Assembly: GCF_009914755.1 (NCBI RefSeq)
Contig: NC_060928.1
Length of the DNA stretch: 64,000 nucleotides
Direction: 5' to 3' (one strand)
Source: the human T2T-CHM13v2.0 reference genome, Homo sapiens
Shown here piece after piece: positions 41,930 to 56,106 of the stretch. Positions within the stretch are counted from its first letter, which is position 1. Every line of letters begins with the position of its first letter. Below the pieces are notes generated by a model that made no database searches, had not been told where the DNA came from, and saw only the letters and a list, made by a program, of their open reading frames with translations. Both the position numbers and the translations under genes were made by a program.

Positions 41930-44450
41930 TTTTTTTTGGGTATCATATTCTTTCTGAAGAATTTATTTTTATATTTTGTATAAAGTATGTGCATTAGCAC
42001 TTTTGAAAGCTGTTTTCATTGCATATAGAATTCTAGGATGACAGTTTTCTTTCTCCATCTTGAATGATTCCATTTTTTTTCTGGTTTACATAGTTTTCCA
42101 TACTTCTTTTGTAAATCTTATCTTTATTTCTGTGTTAAGTCGTAATTCTTTTTCCTATGGCTGCCTTCAAAATTTTCTTTTTATCAGCAATTTGAATATA
42201 GTGTATGCAGGTGTATGTGTTTGTGTGTGTGTATATTTCTGTTTAGTAATTTTTTGGTATTTTTCCTTCTCAGAATTCTCTGAATTTCTTACATCTGTAT
42301 TGTGGGGTCTGTCATTAATTTTTGAAAATTCTCAATTGTTATTTCTTCATATAATTCATCTGTGCCATTGTCTGTCTTCTGGGATTCAAATTACTTATGG
42401 GCTAGATTGTTTGCTGTTATTCCTCAACTCTTGGATATTCAGTTCATTTTTTGCCCTTCTTTCTGAGTTTAAGTTTCAGTAATTTCTATTGACCTGTCTT
42501 CAAATTCAGTAATTATTTCTTTGGCTGTCTCGAATCTACTGATGAATTTGTCAAAAGCATTCTTTATCTCTATTACCATGTTCTTTATTGCTAGCACTTA
42601 CATTTCACTTATTATAGTTTCCATTTGTGGTAGTCTGTTTGGGCCGCCATAACAGATTATCACAGACTTATGGCTTAAATGACAGAAATTTATTTTCTCA
42701 TAGTTCTGGAGGCTAGAGGTCCAAGATTAAGTTGGACTTAACAAGGGTTAGTGTCTGGTGAGGCCTCTCTTTCTGGCTTGTATATGGCCTCCACCTCACT
42801 GTATCCTCACATGGTATTTTCTCTGTGTATTCATAGAGAGAGACAGAGCTCCAGTGTCTCTTACTCTTCTTATAAGAATACCAGCCCTATAGGATTAGGG
42901 CTGCATCCCTATGGTTTATTTAACCTTAATTACCTCCCTAAACATATCACATTGGGGGTTCGGACTTCAACATTAATTTTAGAAAAACAAAATTCAATCC
43001 ATAACACCATTTATCTGCTGAAATCTCCCATCTGTTCTTGCATATTCTCTACATCTTCACTAGAACCTTTAACTTATCAATGTTAAATTCGTAGTTCCTT
43101 TAAATTCCATTTGATATAAACATAGGGGCCATGTGCTCGAGTCTGTTCTGTTGATTGTTTTGTCTCTTAGCAGTGTTGTTTTTATTTTTCTTGCCTTTTT
43201 GTGTCTCTTTTTTTATTAAAATAAGACATTATGTATGCAATAATAGAGACTTTATGTCTGGAAACGGATGCATCTCTTGTGTTAGGTTATTAGTGTATTT
43301 ATGTGTATGAAGGAGGGTGTTAGGTGGATCTAATCAGGAATTAAGCCAAGATTGGGTTTTCTTGCCCTATTATTATCTTCATTGCACCACTGGCTTCAAA
43401 TTCCTTTTTCTTAGGGTGGAGGCTGGGATTTAAGAGGTGTTTTCTCAATGCTTCTATTTTACCCTTACCTTCTCTGTTCATCCCCAGTGCAAATATTGTT
43501 CCTCTCCACCCTTTTTTGTCTTTATCAGTGGTAGGTGGCAGTTGCTTGTTACTTGGTGCTTGTTAGTCTGGTGGTGAAGGCGAGGGGTTCTTTATTATTT
43601 CAGTACAGACTCCACCTTAGGCAGGCCCTGCATGTTCAGGTCTTGGTGTTGAGCTTTCTCAGTGATCCTATTTCTTCTCTTCATGGCAGTGAAACTCTGT
43701 CTATATATCTTATGAGTCTTCCATGGGAGAGAGTTTCTTTTCAGTCTCCTAGTGGTAGAAGATCTCTAATATTACTGGCATTTGATCCTGAATCCAGGAC
43801 TTCCCCTAGGGGTAGTAGGTTTTGTTTTTGGTTTTATTTTGTTTTGTCTGTTTTGTTTTAACATTTCCTCTGCCTCCAGTGGGTCTGTACCTTTGTCGTA
43901 GGGGTGGCAGGGTTTTCTGCTTCTCCTTCAGAGGCTTACAGCTGTGTTTTCTGAAGAAGGATTACAATGAGGCTTCAGACTTTTCTCATGGCAGTGACCA
44001 CTTCCCTTTCTCAAGCCTGAAACACCAAGGAAGGCACTCATGCACCTCCTGCTTTTTCCACAAATGTTCTTGTGAGCAGGAGATGGAGGTCCATGGAAAA
44101 GGATCTGTAAGTGTGTGCAAGCTCCCCTCGTATCTGCAGTTTCCGTTAGTTCTATCCTCTTCTCCTCATCCACACATGACCTTCACCAACCCATCACCAA
44201 TTTTATCAGAATGCTTTTCACCTGGCTGTATGATACCAACATCTCTTCCTCTTGTAGTCTGCCACTATCACATCTTTCCTTGGAAGGACCTGACATTCAG
44301 TAGACTTCAGACTACTGTGATTTCCATACATTGATGTGTTCAATCAAAGTTGTTATTTTTTTTTTTTTACACTCTACATCATGGCTTTTTCTTGTTGTCA
44401 GGGTAGAAGCAAAACTAGTTCCAGCTTTCTATATCCAAGGGGAAGTAGAA
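41930..44450 (-). mobile_element. highly decayed L1M region
   Basis: T-rich antisense L1 motifs (tatagaattctaggatgacagtttt, tttctattgacctgtcttcaaattca); boundaries approximate. Confidence 0.5.
42626..43006 (-). mobile_element. MaLR LTR (MLT1A-like)
   Basis: cagaaatttattttctcatagttctggaggctagaggtccaagat; 5-bp TSD ccatt at 42621-42625 and 43007-43011. Confidence 0.85.
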
Positions 44451-45273
44451 CTCCTGATATACCCCGGTTTTAAAAATAGCAATACTCAATCCATTCTCAA
44501 TTATATATCTTTCAGCTTGAAACATCCCATCTAACTCTAGGGCAATCTGTTCCTTCACACATTGCAGGATTTATTTTTCTTGCCAATATTCGACTTGAGA
44601 ATTAGGACATAAAGCATGTCTGTTCAACAATGGTCATACCTGCTGGTATCCTAAGAAGGTAATATTCAGAAGCAAAATGAGAGCTTTCACACAGTATTAA
44701 ACTTTATTTTAGGAATTGGAGTTTGTGTTTTTTGTGGAAGTAAGTACAGTGTAAGCCAGGTTTTTTCAAATGCTAGCATGTGTCAGAATTACCTGGAAGG
44801 CTTGTGAAAAGACGCATTGCTGCCACACCAGAACTTCTGATTCAGAGCATAATATTGACTCCTACCATCCTATCCCATGGATCATATTCATATAAAACCT
44901 GACTCTCAATATCATCCTAAGAGCCAGGGTTAGTAGAAAGTGTGTCACAAAGGATTAGCCACCAACTCCAAGTAACATTTTTGTTCTATATTTTTTAACT
45001 CTTGCCATTTTGACATTATAATTGCTTGTGTTTCCCCGATTGACTTTCTGCATGTAATGTAACTGTTATCTAGTGTTATCTACTTTAAAACTGAAATCAC
45101 TATTATTGCGTATATCAGCCAATAGTCATTTAGTGAACAATACTTTATAATAACAGTTCAAACCATTCAATCATCTACTCGTGTACTTTGACATTTATAA
45201 TACAGGAAATTTCATCAAGATGTTACAATGCGCAAAATAAAAGCATTTTGCCTGATTTCTTTAGGATCTTTAA

Positions 45274-45621
<348 letters not shown>

Positions 45622-45789
45622 TAGAAAACAGTTTCAATGAAACTTGAGAAATTATGAAATATTTTAATCTTCTTAGGTCAAGAACTCCTGATAGATACTT
45701 GGTTACCAACTGGCTTCATTATGGGCAAGGGCAGCGATGAAAGGCAAATAAAACACTTGGGTCCCTATGTATACAGTGTTAGCACTTTT

Positions 45790-47795
45790 GTAATCCGTTC
45801 ATCCACTGATGGACACTTAGGTTCATTCCGTATCTTGGCTATTGTGAATAGTGCTGCAGTGAACATGGGAGCAACAGACATTCCTTCAACATCCTGATTT
45901 CATTTCTTTTTGATATATACCCAGTAGTGAAATTGCTGGACCATAGAGTAATTCTATTTTTAACTTTTCGAGGAGACTCCATACTTTTTTCTGATGGCTG
46001 TACTAATTTACATTCCCAACAACAGTATGCAAGGATTCCCTTTTCTCCACATCCTCACCAACACTCGTTATCTTTTGTGTTTATGATAATAGTCATTCTA
46101 GCAGGCGTGGGGTGATATCTCATTTTGGTTTTGATTTGCATTTTCTGGATGGTTAGTGATGTTGAGCATTTTTTCAAATACCTGTTGGTTATTTGTGTCT
46201 TTTCTTTTGAGAAATGTCTATTCAAGTCCTTTGCCCATAAATAAGTTTATTCGTTTCCTTGTTATTGAGTTGTTTGAGTTCCTTTTATATTTTGGATATT
46301 AGCCTGGTATCAGATGTATGGTTCATAAATATTTTCTCCTATTCTGTAGGTTGTCTTTCCACTCTGTTGATTGCTCCCTTTCCTGTACAGAAGCTTTTTA
46401 GTTTGATGTAATCTCATTTGTCTATTTTTGCTTTCATCGTCTGTGTTTTTGGAGTGAAATCCAAAAAGTCATTGCCCAGACCAATGTCATGGAACTTTTC
46501 CCTATGTTTTCCTCTAGTAGTTTCATAGTTTTGAATCTTATATTTACGTCTTTAATTCATTTAGAATTGGTTTTTCAATATGGCGTGACATATGGGTCTA
46601 ATGTTATTCTTCTGCATGTGGATATCCAGTTTTCCCAATGCCATTAGAGGAGACTGTCCTTTCCCTATTGTGTGTTCTTGGCATCTTTGTCAAAAATCAG
46701 TTGGCTGTAAATGTGTGGATTTATTTCTGGACTCACTATTCTGTTTTATCAGTTTATGTGCCTGTTTTTATGCCAGTATTACGCTGTTTCGGTTACAATA
46801 GCTTTGTAGTGTATTTTGATATCAGGTATTAGGATGATTCTAACTTTGGTTTTTTTGTTCTTAGGTTTTTGTTTTGTTCAAGATTGCTTTGGCTATGCAG
46901 TCTTTTTATGGTTCCATACACATTTTAGTGTTTTTTTTTCTATTCCTGTGAAAAAATGTTATTTGTGTTTTCTTTCATCAATGTTTTATAGTTTTCAGTG
47001 TAGAGATTTCCACTTACTGGGTTAAATTTATTTCAAAGTATTTTAATTTTTGGAGCTGTTGTAAATGGTATTGTTTTATTGATTTCTTTTTCAGATAGTT
47101 TATTGCTAGTAAATAAGAATGCTACTGATTTTTGCCTATTGATTTTATATCTTGCAACTTTACTGAATTTATTTATTACTTTCTAATAGGTTTCTGGTGG
47201 AGTCTTCAGAGTTTTCTCCGCATGAGATTGTGTCTTCTGCAAACAGGGATAATTTAACTTTTTTTTTTTTTTCAATTTGGATGCCTTTTCTTTCTATGGC
47301 CTAATTGTTCTGTCTAGGACCTCCGGTACTATACTGAATAGAAGTGGTGAGAGTGGGCATCCTTGTCTTATTTCAGATCTTAGAGGAAAAGCTTTCAGCT
47401 TTTCTCGGTTGACTATAATGTTAGCTGTGAGTTTGTCATACATAGTCTTTATTGTGTTGTTGCACATTCTTTATATGCCTAATTTGTTGAGAGGTTTTTT
47501 TTTTATCATGAAAGGATGTTGAATTTGCCAAATGCTTTTTTCTATTAATATGATCAGATCATTTTTGTCCTTCATTCTGTTAATGTCGTGCATCACATTT
47601 ATAGATCTGTGTATGTTGAACCATCCTTGCATCCTTGGGATGAATCCCACTTTATCATAGTGAATGATCTTTTCAATGTGCTGTTGAATTCTGTTTGCTA
47701 GTATTTTGTTGAAGGCTTTTCATCTATGTTCATTAGTGATACTGGTCTTCAGGTTTTTTGTTGCTGTTGTTGGGTAATTGTCTGGTTTTGGTATA
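45790..47795 (-). mobile_element. old L1 (L1MA-like) ORF2/3' fragment
   Basis: antisense L1 motifs throughout (gagaaatgtctattcaagtcctttgccca, gaagtggtgagagtgggcatccttgtct), interrupted reading frame. Confidence 0.88.
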
Positions 47796-48324
47796 AGGAT
47801 AGCACAAGATTTCTACATGTTCCCTATTCAGTTTAGAAGCAAGGAAAAGAAAATTGTCACTGAAGACAATTTTATGAGACAATTTTTTAAATCGTAGTTT
47901 ATGAATTTTGAAAGCCTACTGTACTTTCTAATCCAAATTGTTCTCTAATTTGATATATGGTTTCACCGAGTGACATGTAGGTAGTGGCTGATAGGTATAA
48001 ACAAGCTTTCTTTCACTGTGTCTGAGATAACAATTATTTTGGTTAATTTGGGTTATAAGACTATAAGCTCAAAAAGATATTTAGATGATCTAGCAGTTAT
48101 AGATAATAGGAATTACAATAAAATTCCTATGTGCCCTTTGTGAGATAGGAGCATTTGTGTGCATGGTGTTCATTCACCGTATGTATATTCACTTTACAGT
48201 ATGATTATTTAAATATAATATATATTACTGTACATTAATATGAGAACTGAACTATCAGAGTCAGTTTATTATAGATTTTTATCGAGACTTAGGCATTATA
48301 ATGCAGTTATTACCTTTTATGGAC

Positions 48325-48880
48325 TGTTCTAGTTATCTACTGCTGCATAGCAAATTATCCCAAAACCTCATGGCTTAAAATGAGCACTGTTATATCTCAT
48401 AGTATGAGGGAGTGGCATCAGTATTTAAGTAGTACTTTGCTGGTAACTTTTCTGTTGCATGTGACATTGATTGATTCACCTGGGAGCATATGTAAAGGGT
48501 CAAGGTGGTTGCAATTGTATGTCTGTCATCTTGATGTGGAGGGCTAAAAGGCTGACTCAGCTGGGACAACCATAGCACCTACACATGACCGTTGCAACAT
48601 GGCGGTCTCAAAGGAACCAGACTCTTTTCTGTCAATCCTGGATCCCCAAAGTGTCCCAAGAGGCCATGGAAGCCTCAGAAGCCCTTGAATGTAACTTTCG
48701 GAACATTCTGTTGGTAAAGCAAATCGCTAAGTCTGGCCAGGATTCAAGGGGAGGAGAATTAGACTAGAAACACACAACCTTGCCTTCCCAATTTAGACTA
48801 CTGACCTCCACAGCTGTAGAAGAATAAATTTGTGTTGTTTTAAGGCATTAAATGTTTGGCAGTCTGCTACAGCCAAGACA
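48325..48880. mobile_element. decayed MLT1-type LTR fragments
   Basis: agttatctactgctgcatagcaaattatcccaaaac...ggcttaaaa; agaataaatttgtgttgttttaagg. Confidence 0.55.
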
Positions 48881-51800
48881 CACAAAAAACACATTTGCTT
48901 TGTTTTTATTATGCGTGTGTGTGTTTATTTAAGCATGAGGTACTGACTGCATGATTATAGCTTTAAAATACAAAGAAATTGCAGTCAAAAGATGCTTGGG
49001 GAAAAAAAAGTCTTCTTGCTAGAAAAGGGACAAAGTTCTAAATGTGTAAGTACAAGTATCTGTTATCCCTGTTTTTATCCTGTCTTGGTTCTGAAAGACT
49101 CTGATCATTAAATTTGAGGGTACCTTTTTACCTTTTGAATTAATGTTCATTCAAAACAAAATACAAACCAACAAAGTTCTAGGCATCCAAGCATACTTCA
49201 ATAAGCTAATGTGCTTCTATCATTTTTAGTTGATTTATCATATCCTTGAGTTTTGGAGTTCTGCTATATAACATACAGTTACAAGTTATAGCTTTATATA
49301 TGGGATATTTAAAAAACAAAAACATCTACAACTGTTAAATAATTATCCATCATAAATCCATAAAAATATATTTGATCACAGTTATAGAGGACTCATGGAG
49401 AAAAAAGGTTCTTTTGAATCAGGAGACTGAGGTTTGTACTCCATGACGCCATTTTTTTCCAGTGGCCTCTAATCCTTCAAATATTTTGTGGGAAACCAAA
49501 TGCCAGCTTTTACCAAAAACAGGATAAGGTGAAAGATGGCTGGGACTGGGGACCTCTAAAGCTTATCTTACAGTTGCTCAAATTGCATCAGTCTCTTTAC
49601 TTCTTTTAGTTTAAATGTTCACCCTTGCTAAATTTTATTTCTGCATTAAGTGCTATCATTTTACTATCTTGTCCTTTGTGAATATATGCAGTTACTCTGT
49701 AAGGCCTCATTCTTTAGCTATTGCCTGTATGTTCAATAAAAGAACCTCTACAGATGTTCATATGAGAGAACAGCGTCTGGAAGCCTGGCCAGGGGCCAGC
49801 CAGGTAGATTAGGCTTGCTTGGGTGTTCCAGAAATAAAGTTATTATTTCCACAGCCTATAACGAGAGTTCAATTTTATTTCTTTTGAATTGGACTCCTTA
49901 ATCTCTTAGCTTGCTTGTCTTGTGGGAAATGCATTAGGATTTCTGACTAGGGCCCATGGTTATTCACTTTATTTTTGGCCTTTCTAAAACCCAGATTAGT
50001 AACCCTGAAATTATAGAAATATAATCATGGAATGAGTATGCTTTAAAGTTTTTTAATACCCAAATACTTATAAAGTCTTAAACACTTAAGAAAAATATTT
50101 AAGTCTACCAAAGGAAGATAGTGCTTGAGTGGAAATCCAAGTTCCTTACAGCTTTATACATTCAGCCTTGCTGGCTATCCTGTCTCCATTGTGAACTTCC
50201 AAGACTTTTCGGGAAACTAAGTGTCTTCTGGGGACATTTCTGCGGCATTGGTTCCTGGTGGTTGGAAATGTGCACATTCTTTATTATTTAGATATTGAGA
50301 TTCATGGTTCAGCTTGTGTTGTAGAATAAAGTGATAAATGGCATATCACACCTTGTCATCATGAACTCTGAAAAATATTTTAGAAGTTTTTCCTTTCCGA
50401 AGAGTTCCTATAATACATTTCTATGGCCTGGAAATATTTTCTGTTGATGTAAAGTCACTGTGTATGGAAGGTTCTCTGTGTGGGTATCTTTACTATACAA
50501 GGGACAGACTTCCGAGATCTCAGCCTGTGAATTAGTCACACCTTTGCTTGTGTGTGGTGGAGCTTTTAGTTCAGGCTGATTTCTGGAAAAGGACCACCCA
50601 GCCTTGGCATTTGACCTAACAAGTTGCTACCTATTCCAAAAAGAAAATTCATTAATACCTTAATGAATGAGAGTTGTCTGCATTACTAGAGTATATGTCA
50701 GCTATGGAACCTTTGACTAATATGACTCTTACAGACTCAGTCTGATTCCACCAGTAATTTGATAAAGAGCTGTAGCCAGTTGGCACCAGACCAGCTGTCA
50801 GTATGGCCCCCAGCACACCAGCTCAATGCTACTTTGTGTGGTGTTGCTCTGTTCTGTTAAGCAGATGTTATGATTTAGGCCAGACGTCCTGCGTTTCATT
50901 AGGAAGAAAAATAGTCACCTATTTATCTCATTCATTCAGTCTTCAATGGACCAATCAACGGACTGAACATGTGTGGTCTGTAAACTCTGATTCCAGCTTT
51001 AGCCATTACTTATAGCAAATACTTTAGAATGCCACTACCTCCAACTTTCTTAAAATACTCTCTTCTATGCAGCAGGTTTCCCTGGTTCTTTGCTCTTTAT
51101 ATTTACAGATTAGTGACTTTAAATCACAATCAAAAGAGATACTTGCTCAACATGCAGTGGTTTTCAGATATTCTTTTCCTGAACCAATGTTTTTCCTCTT
51201 GAAATAACATTATATTTATAATTCAGAAGCTTAGTTTCATATTTAGTAAAGAACTCTAGGTGCGGTTAAGCCAATTTTCTCATAGTGGTTTCCTATCAAT
51301 TACAAACTGATGTTAGGAGTGTATATATGTACACAATGGTAATAGAAGCAGACTGCTATTTCATGAGAGGCAGAAAATGAGATTTAGTAGGCCCTGTCTG
51401 TAGAATTTTCATACTTGAGGTTGGCCATAAACGTCAGCTAGGTTTTTGGGTAAATACATTGACAGGTTTATGCAAACATCCATATACTTATTCAGAATCT
51501 TCTGCATCCTACGCAATGTGTGTACTCCACTGGGTTACAGAGATTAACAAGCGACACATTCCTTCAGTTATCACCTGCTTTGCATGTTGTGCTTCAGGAT
51601 AAATAGACTCTACTGATGTCTCCTTGTTCACTGTATTTCCCTACGCTGTCTTCTCTTTCCAGTGAGATTCTTTGTGGTATGTTCAGTCTTTTTGTACTAG
51701 CCAGTATCTTTGATCAAATGAAGTAAGCCTTCCTTTTCATCCATAATGATTATAACAAACAATTACTCTAATGCTTATTGGTTATAATTTTTTTTATTTC

Positions 51801-53100
51801 TACTTTTTAAGTAGAGTGCAGTGGAAAGAGACAAAAGAGAGATCAGCTTTTTTTCCCCCTTTTCTTTCTTCCGTTAAGTAACTCCATTCCTTTCTTCTAC
51901 TCCCTAGTTAATATGAATTGTTTATTTCATTTCTTTCCTCACTCCTCCGAAGTCAGAAGTGATAGTGGGTGATGTAGTGTGGTATGGAATAGACAGTGGA
52001 TTCACACTGAGACAGAGCAATTTTTAGTCTCTTTTGTTTTGTATGTCTTCAATTAGACTGAACATTATGATCACTTCAGTAAAACTGTATCAAAGAAAAT
52101 AAGTATATTAAAATTTATGTGCCAATATTTTGTTGGAGGGATTATAGCAAATTAACAAAGTTTGAAATATATTTCATACTTTTTCATGTTTATTTGCTTT
52201 ATAATATTTTAGTTTTCTTCTATAGGCAAGTAGGAATGGCGGCTTTATTTCTTCAATGTATGATGGTTTTTCTGGGGAAAGGAAAGAGCCTTTGGCAATG
52301 GCAAATAACCTGTAATTTATGTAATTATTAATAGCTTGGACAATATTATTTTCAGTCCATCTCAATTAAACTTTCCTTTGTGATCTGTAGTGTGTTATAC
52401 ATTTAATTATTTTTTATTTTAAATGTGCTAAGTCACACAGATGAAAATTACAACACAGGTAAATTAGAATAGTTTTTAAATGTCATAAATAAGAGCAAAG
52501 CATTCAAACTCTCCAAGATGTCCAATATTAAAATAAGTGTACCATCTACATGAAAAGTAAATTAAAAATATTCTAGCATTAAGTATTATCAGTGTTTGCT
52601 AATGATATGGTTTGTAAGAGCTAAATAAACAAATATATAGTGAAAATTATTCTCCTTTCATTTATGCTATGAAGATTTGTTGCATTTAAGTTTTGTAAAA
52701 ATATAATAATACTTTATTGAGTTTAGTTTAAGTGCCTAAGGGTAGGATAATGTTCAACGGGTTCTATGATTATCAAACCCAGAAGGACCCAATCTTTTAA
52801 TATGATTGTTTGAAATTTTCTGATGAATCCTTTGGATTAAATTCAGAATAAAATACCATTTTTTATATTCTGTTTAAATTCTGAGATTGAATTGCAATAG
52901 TAGAATTGGTTTTAATAGCCAAATAGTAGAATTTCATATGAAGTTATTACATTGTTTTCCTCATTGTGTCTTTTTAGAGATTACATATTTTATTGATTTC
53001 ACATCTTTCTTAATTATGCTGTAAATGTGTTAAATTATTAGTATGCCCTGAACATATTTTATTGATATGTATTTCTGTCCCAAAAATTATCTCATTTTGA

Positions 53101-53394
<294 letters not shown>

Positions 53395-53582
53395 TGAGAT
53401 CCAGGTTTCTCTTCTGGTGAATTTGGTTCAATAATAGGATTGTAAATAAATCTCCAAGCATAGCAGATAAAATTTCACTGAAGCACTTTGTGAAATATTT
53501 GCAGAACCATACAGCATCCTACCTAAAGATCTTTGCAGTTGTTGAGCTTTAGGAAAACCCTAGTTTCTGTCTGATTTGTGAT

Positions 53583-53628
53583 CAGTGCAGTTTGTTTAAG
53601 TAGAACAGTGCAGTTTGTTTAAGTAGAA
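53583..53628. repeat. perfect 23-bp tandem duplication
   Basis: cagtgcagtttgtttaagtagaa x2. Confidence 0.92.
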
Positions 53629-54105
53629 CTGTACCTAAATATTTATACAATGTATTTCATATTAACATTAGCAGTTTGATTTACATGTTATATTTAACAG
53701 GTAGAAATCTATGGCTTGTTATTAAAAATGTGTGTTTTATCTAATAACCTATCTGATTAGCTAGATTTTACATTAATATATTTTTATAAATAAGTTTAAG
53801 ACTGATCTATTTGACAGAGCCTCTATTTTTCCTTTGTTTATTTGGTATGCAACATGATCTTTTGCCTAATCCTACTCTCTAATTTACTCTTACAGATTTC
53901 GACTAACTGCTCTGGAAATCTTAAAGAAATAGAATTTAATTTAGAAAAATATGAAAAATTTTAGACAAAAATATAGAGTAACATTACTTATAGTTTGGAG
54001 ACAGTTTAGTTATATGTTCCATAAAATATCTAGAGAATGTGCCCTTTTCATTCAGTTAAGACAATATTACCAGTTAAATGTATATTAGCTAGTCATTTAG
54101 CTTAT

Positions 54106-54124
54106 ACTGACACCTAGTGGCATT
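54106..54124 (-). promoter_or_regulatory. candidate CTCF site
   Basis: minus strand ATGCCACTAGGTGTCAGT resembles the CTCF core CCAC(T/C)AG(G/A)(T/G)GGCAG; motif only. Confidence 0.55.
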
Positions 54125-55082
54125 GCTGATGCATAAACGATTGATACACGGGAGAAATTTGCCTTGGTGGAAAACACAGTATAAAAACAATACAAATTCA
54201 TCCATGAAATAATTTTAGTGAAATTTTGTCATGAATTTCTGCTGATTGTTTTTATTCTTTCACTTGATTTTGTAATTCATAATTTTAACTATTCCATTAT
54301 CCAACATTATTTTTCATTCTAGTATATTTTATTATGAGCATTAGATTTATATTGAAGTCTGTGATAAAGATATTGTCAGGATACTAATCTGATTAATAAT
54401 AGTAATCATTGGTCTTCTATCAATAATGCAAATTAATTGCTTCTTATGATTAATATAAATATAAATATTATGGCATGAGGAAAATCTTACATGGACCAGA
54501 GAAATGTCAGGCTAATGAGAGATTTTCCACACATTTGACATTTACTCTTTGAATATTTTTCTTATAACTTGTCACCTAATGAAGGGGTGGAAAAATAAAA
54601 TCCTATTACTTAATCAATATTTCACTGATAGCGCAGAGTTCATCAGATTTTAGAAAATATCGTCATCATAGGTTCCAAGAAGGTAGTGTGAAAATATACT
54701 GTCAAAACTGTTTAAATAGCTGATGATATAGTATTTTAAGATTATGTATTTTTTTCTTAGTTTTATAAAAACTTACTTTTATACTGTCTCTTTTTACCCC
54801 TTGTAAGTGGGATAACTGAGGTTCCATTATGTCCCAGTGTGTTGGTACATCTGGGTTCCTGCTACAAGTGAACCCTTAACTAGCAGGAAACTTTTGAAAA
54901 GATCATTTCTTCAGATCTCAGTTTTCTCATCTGTAAAATAATACTCCCAAGGTTACTTACAGCAGTAAAACTCCATAACTCCCTAATTTGCATGACTTCT
55001 GCCCATGCACGCCATTTGCGGTGTTTGCATTATGATTAACATTCCATTGAGATGATCTAATTTTATCTTAATAGAGGTCATG

Positions 55083-56106
55083 TGAAGGGGTGGCCTGCCT
55101 CTCCACACCTGTGGGTATTTCTCATCAGGTGGGACGAGAGACTGAGAAAAGAAATAAGACACGGAGACAAAGTATAGAGAAATAATAGTGGGCCCAGGAG
55201 ACCGGCACTTAGCACACCAAGGACCTGCACTGGCACTGGTCTCTGAGTTCTCTCAGTTTTTATTGATTATTATTTTCACTATCTCAGCAAGAGGAATGCG
55301 CTAGGAGAGCAGGGTGATAATAGGGAGAAGGTCAGCAAGAAAACATGTGAGCAAAGGAATCTGTGTCACAATTAAGTTCAAGGGGAGGTACTATGCCTGG
55401 ATGTGCACATAGGCCAGATTTATGTTTCTCTCCGCCCAAACATCTCAGTGGAGTAAAGAATAACAAAGCAGCATTGCTGCCAACATGTCTCGCCTCCTGC
55501 CATAGGGCGGTTTTTCTCTTATTTCAGAATTGAACAAATGTACAATCGGGTTTTATATCAAGACATTCAGTTCCCAGGGGCAGGCAGGAGACAGTGGCTT
55601 TCCTCTATCTGAACTGCAAGAGGCTTTCCTCTTTTACTAATCCACCTCAGCACAGACCCTTTACAGGTGTCGGGCTGGGGGACGGTCAGGCCTTTCTCAT
55701 CCCACGATGCCATATTTCAGACTATCACATGGGGAGAAACCTTGGACAATACCCGGCTTTCCAAGGCAGAGGTCCCTGCGGCTTTCCGCAGTGCATTGTG
55801 CCCCTGGTTTATCGAGACTAGAGAATGGCGATGACTTTTACCAAGCATACTGCTTGTAAACATTTTGTTAACAAGGCACGTCCTGCACAGCCCTAGATCC
55901 CTTAAACCTTGATTCCATACAACATATGTTTTTGTGAGCTCAAAGATGGGGCAAAGTGGCTGGGGCAAAGTGGCTGGGGCAAAGTTACAAATTAACAGCA
56001 TTTCAGCAAAGCAATTGTTCAAGGTACAGGTCAAAATGGAATTTCTTATGTCTTCCCTTTCTACATAGACACAGTAATAGTCTGATCTCTCTTTCTTTTC
56101 CCTACA
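55083..56106 (-). mobile_element. HERV-K(HML-2) solo LTR (LTR5A/LTR5B type)
   Basis: minus strand starts TGTAGGGAAAAGAAAGAGAGATCAGA and ends CACCCCTTCA; 1024 bp; 6-bp TSD gtcatg at 55077-55082 and 56107-56112. Confidence 0.9.

Noticed and set aside
43535-44534. 108- and 170-aa ORFs
   Set aside because: Within old antisense L1 sequence; no recognisable domain
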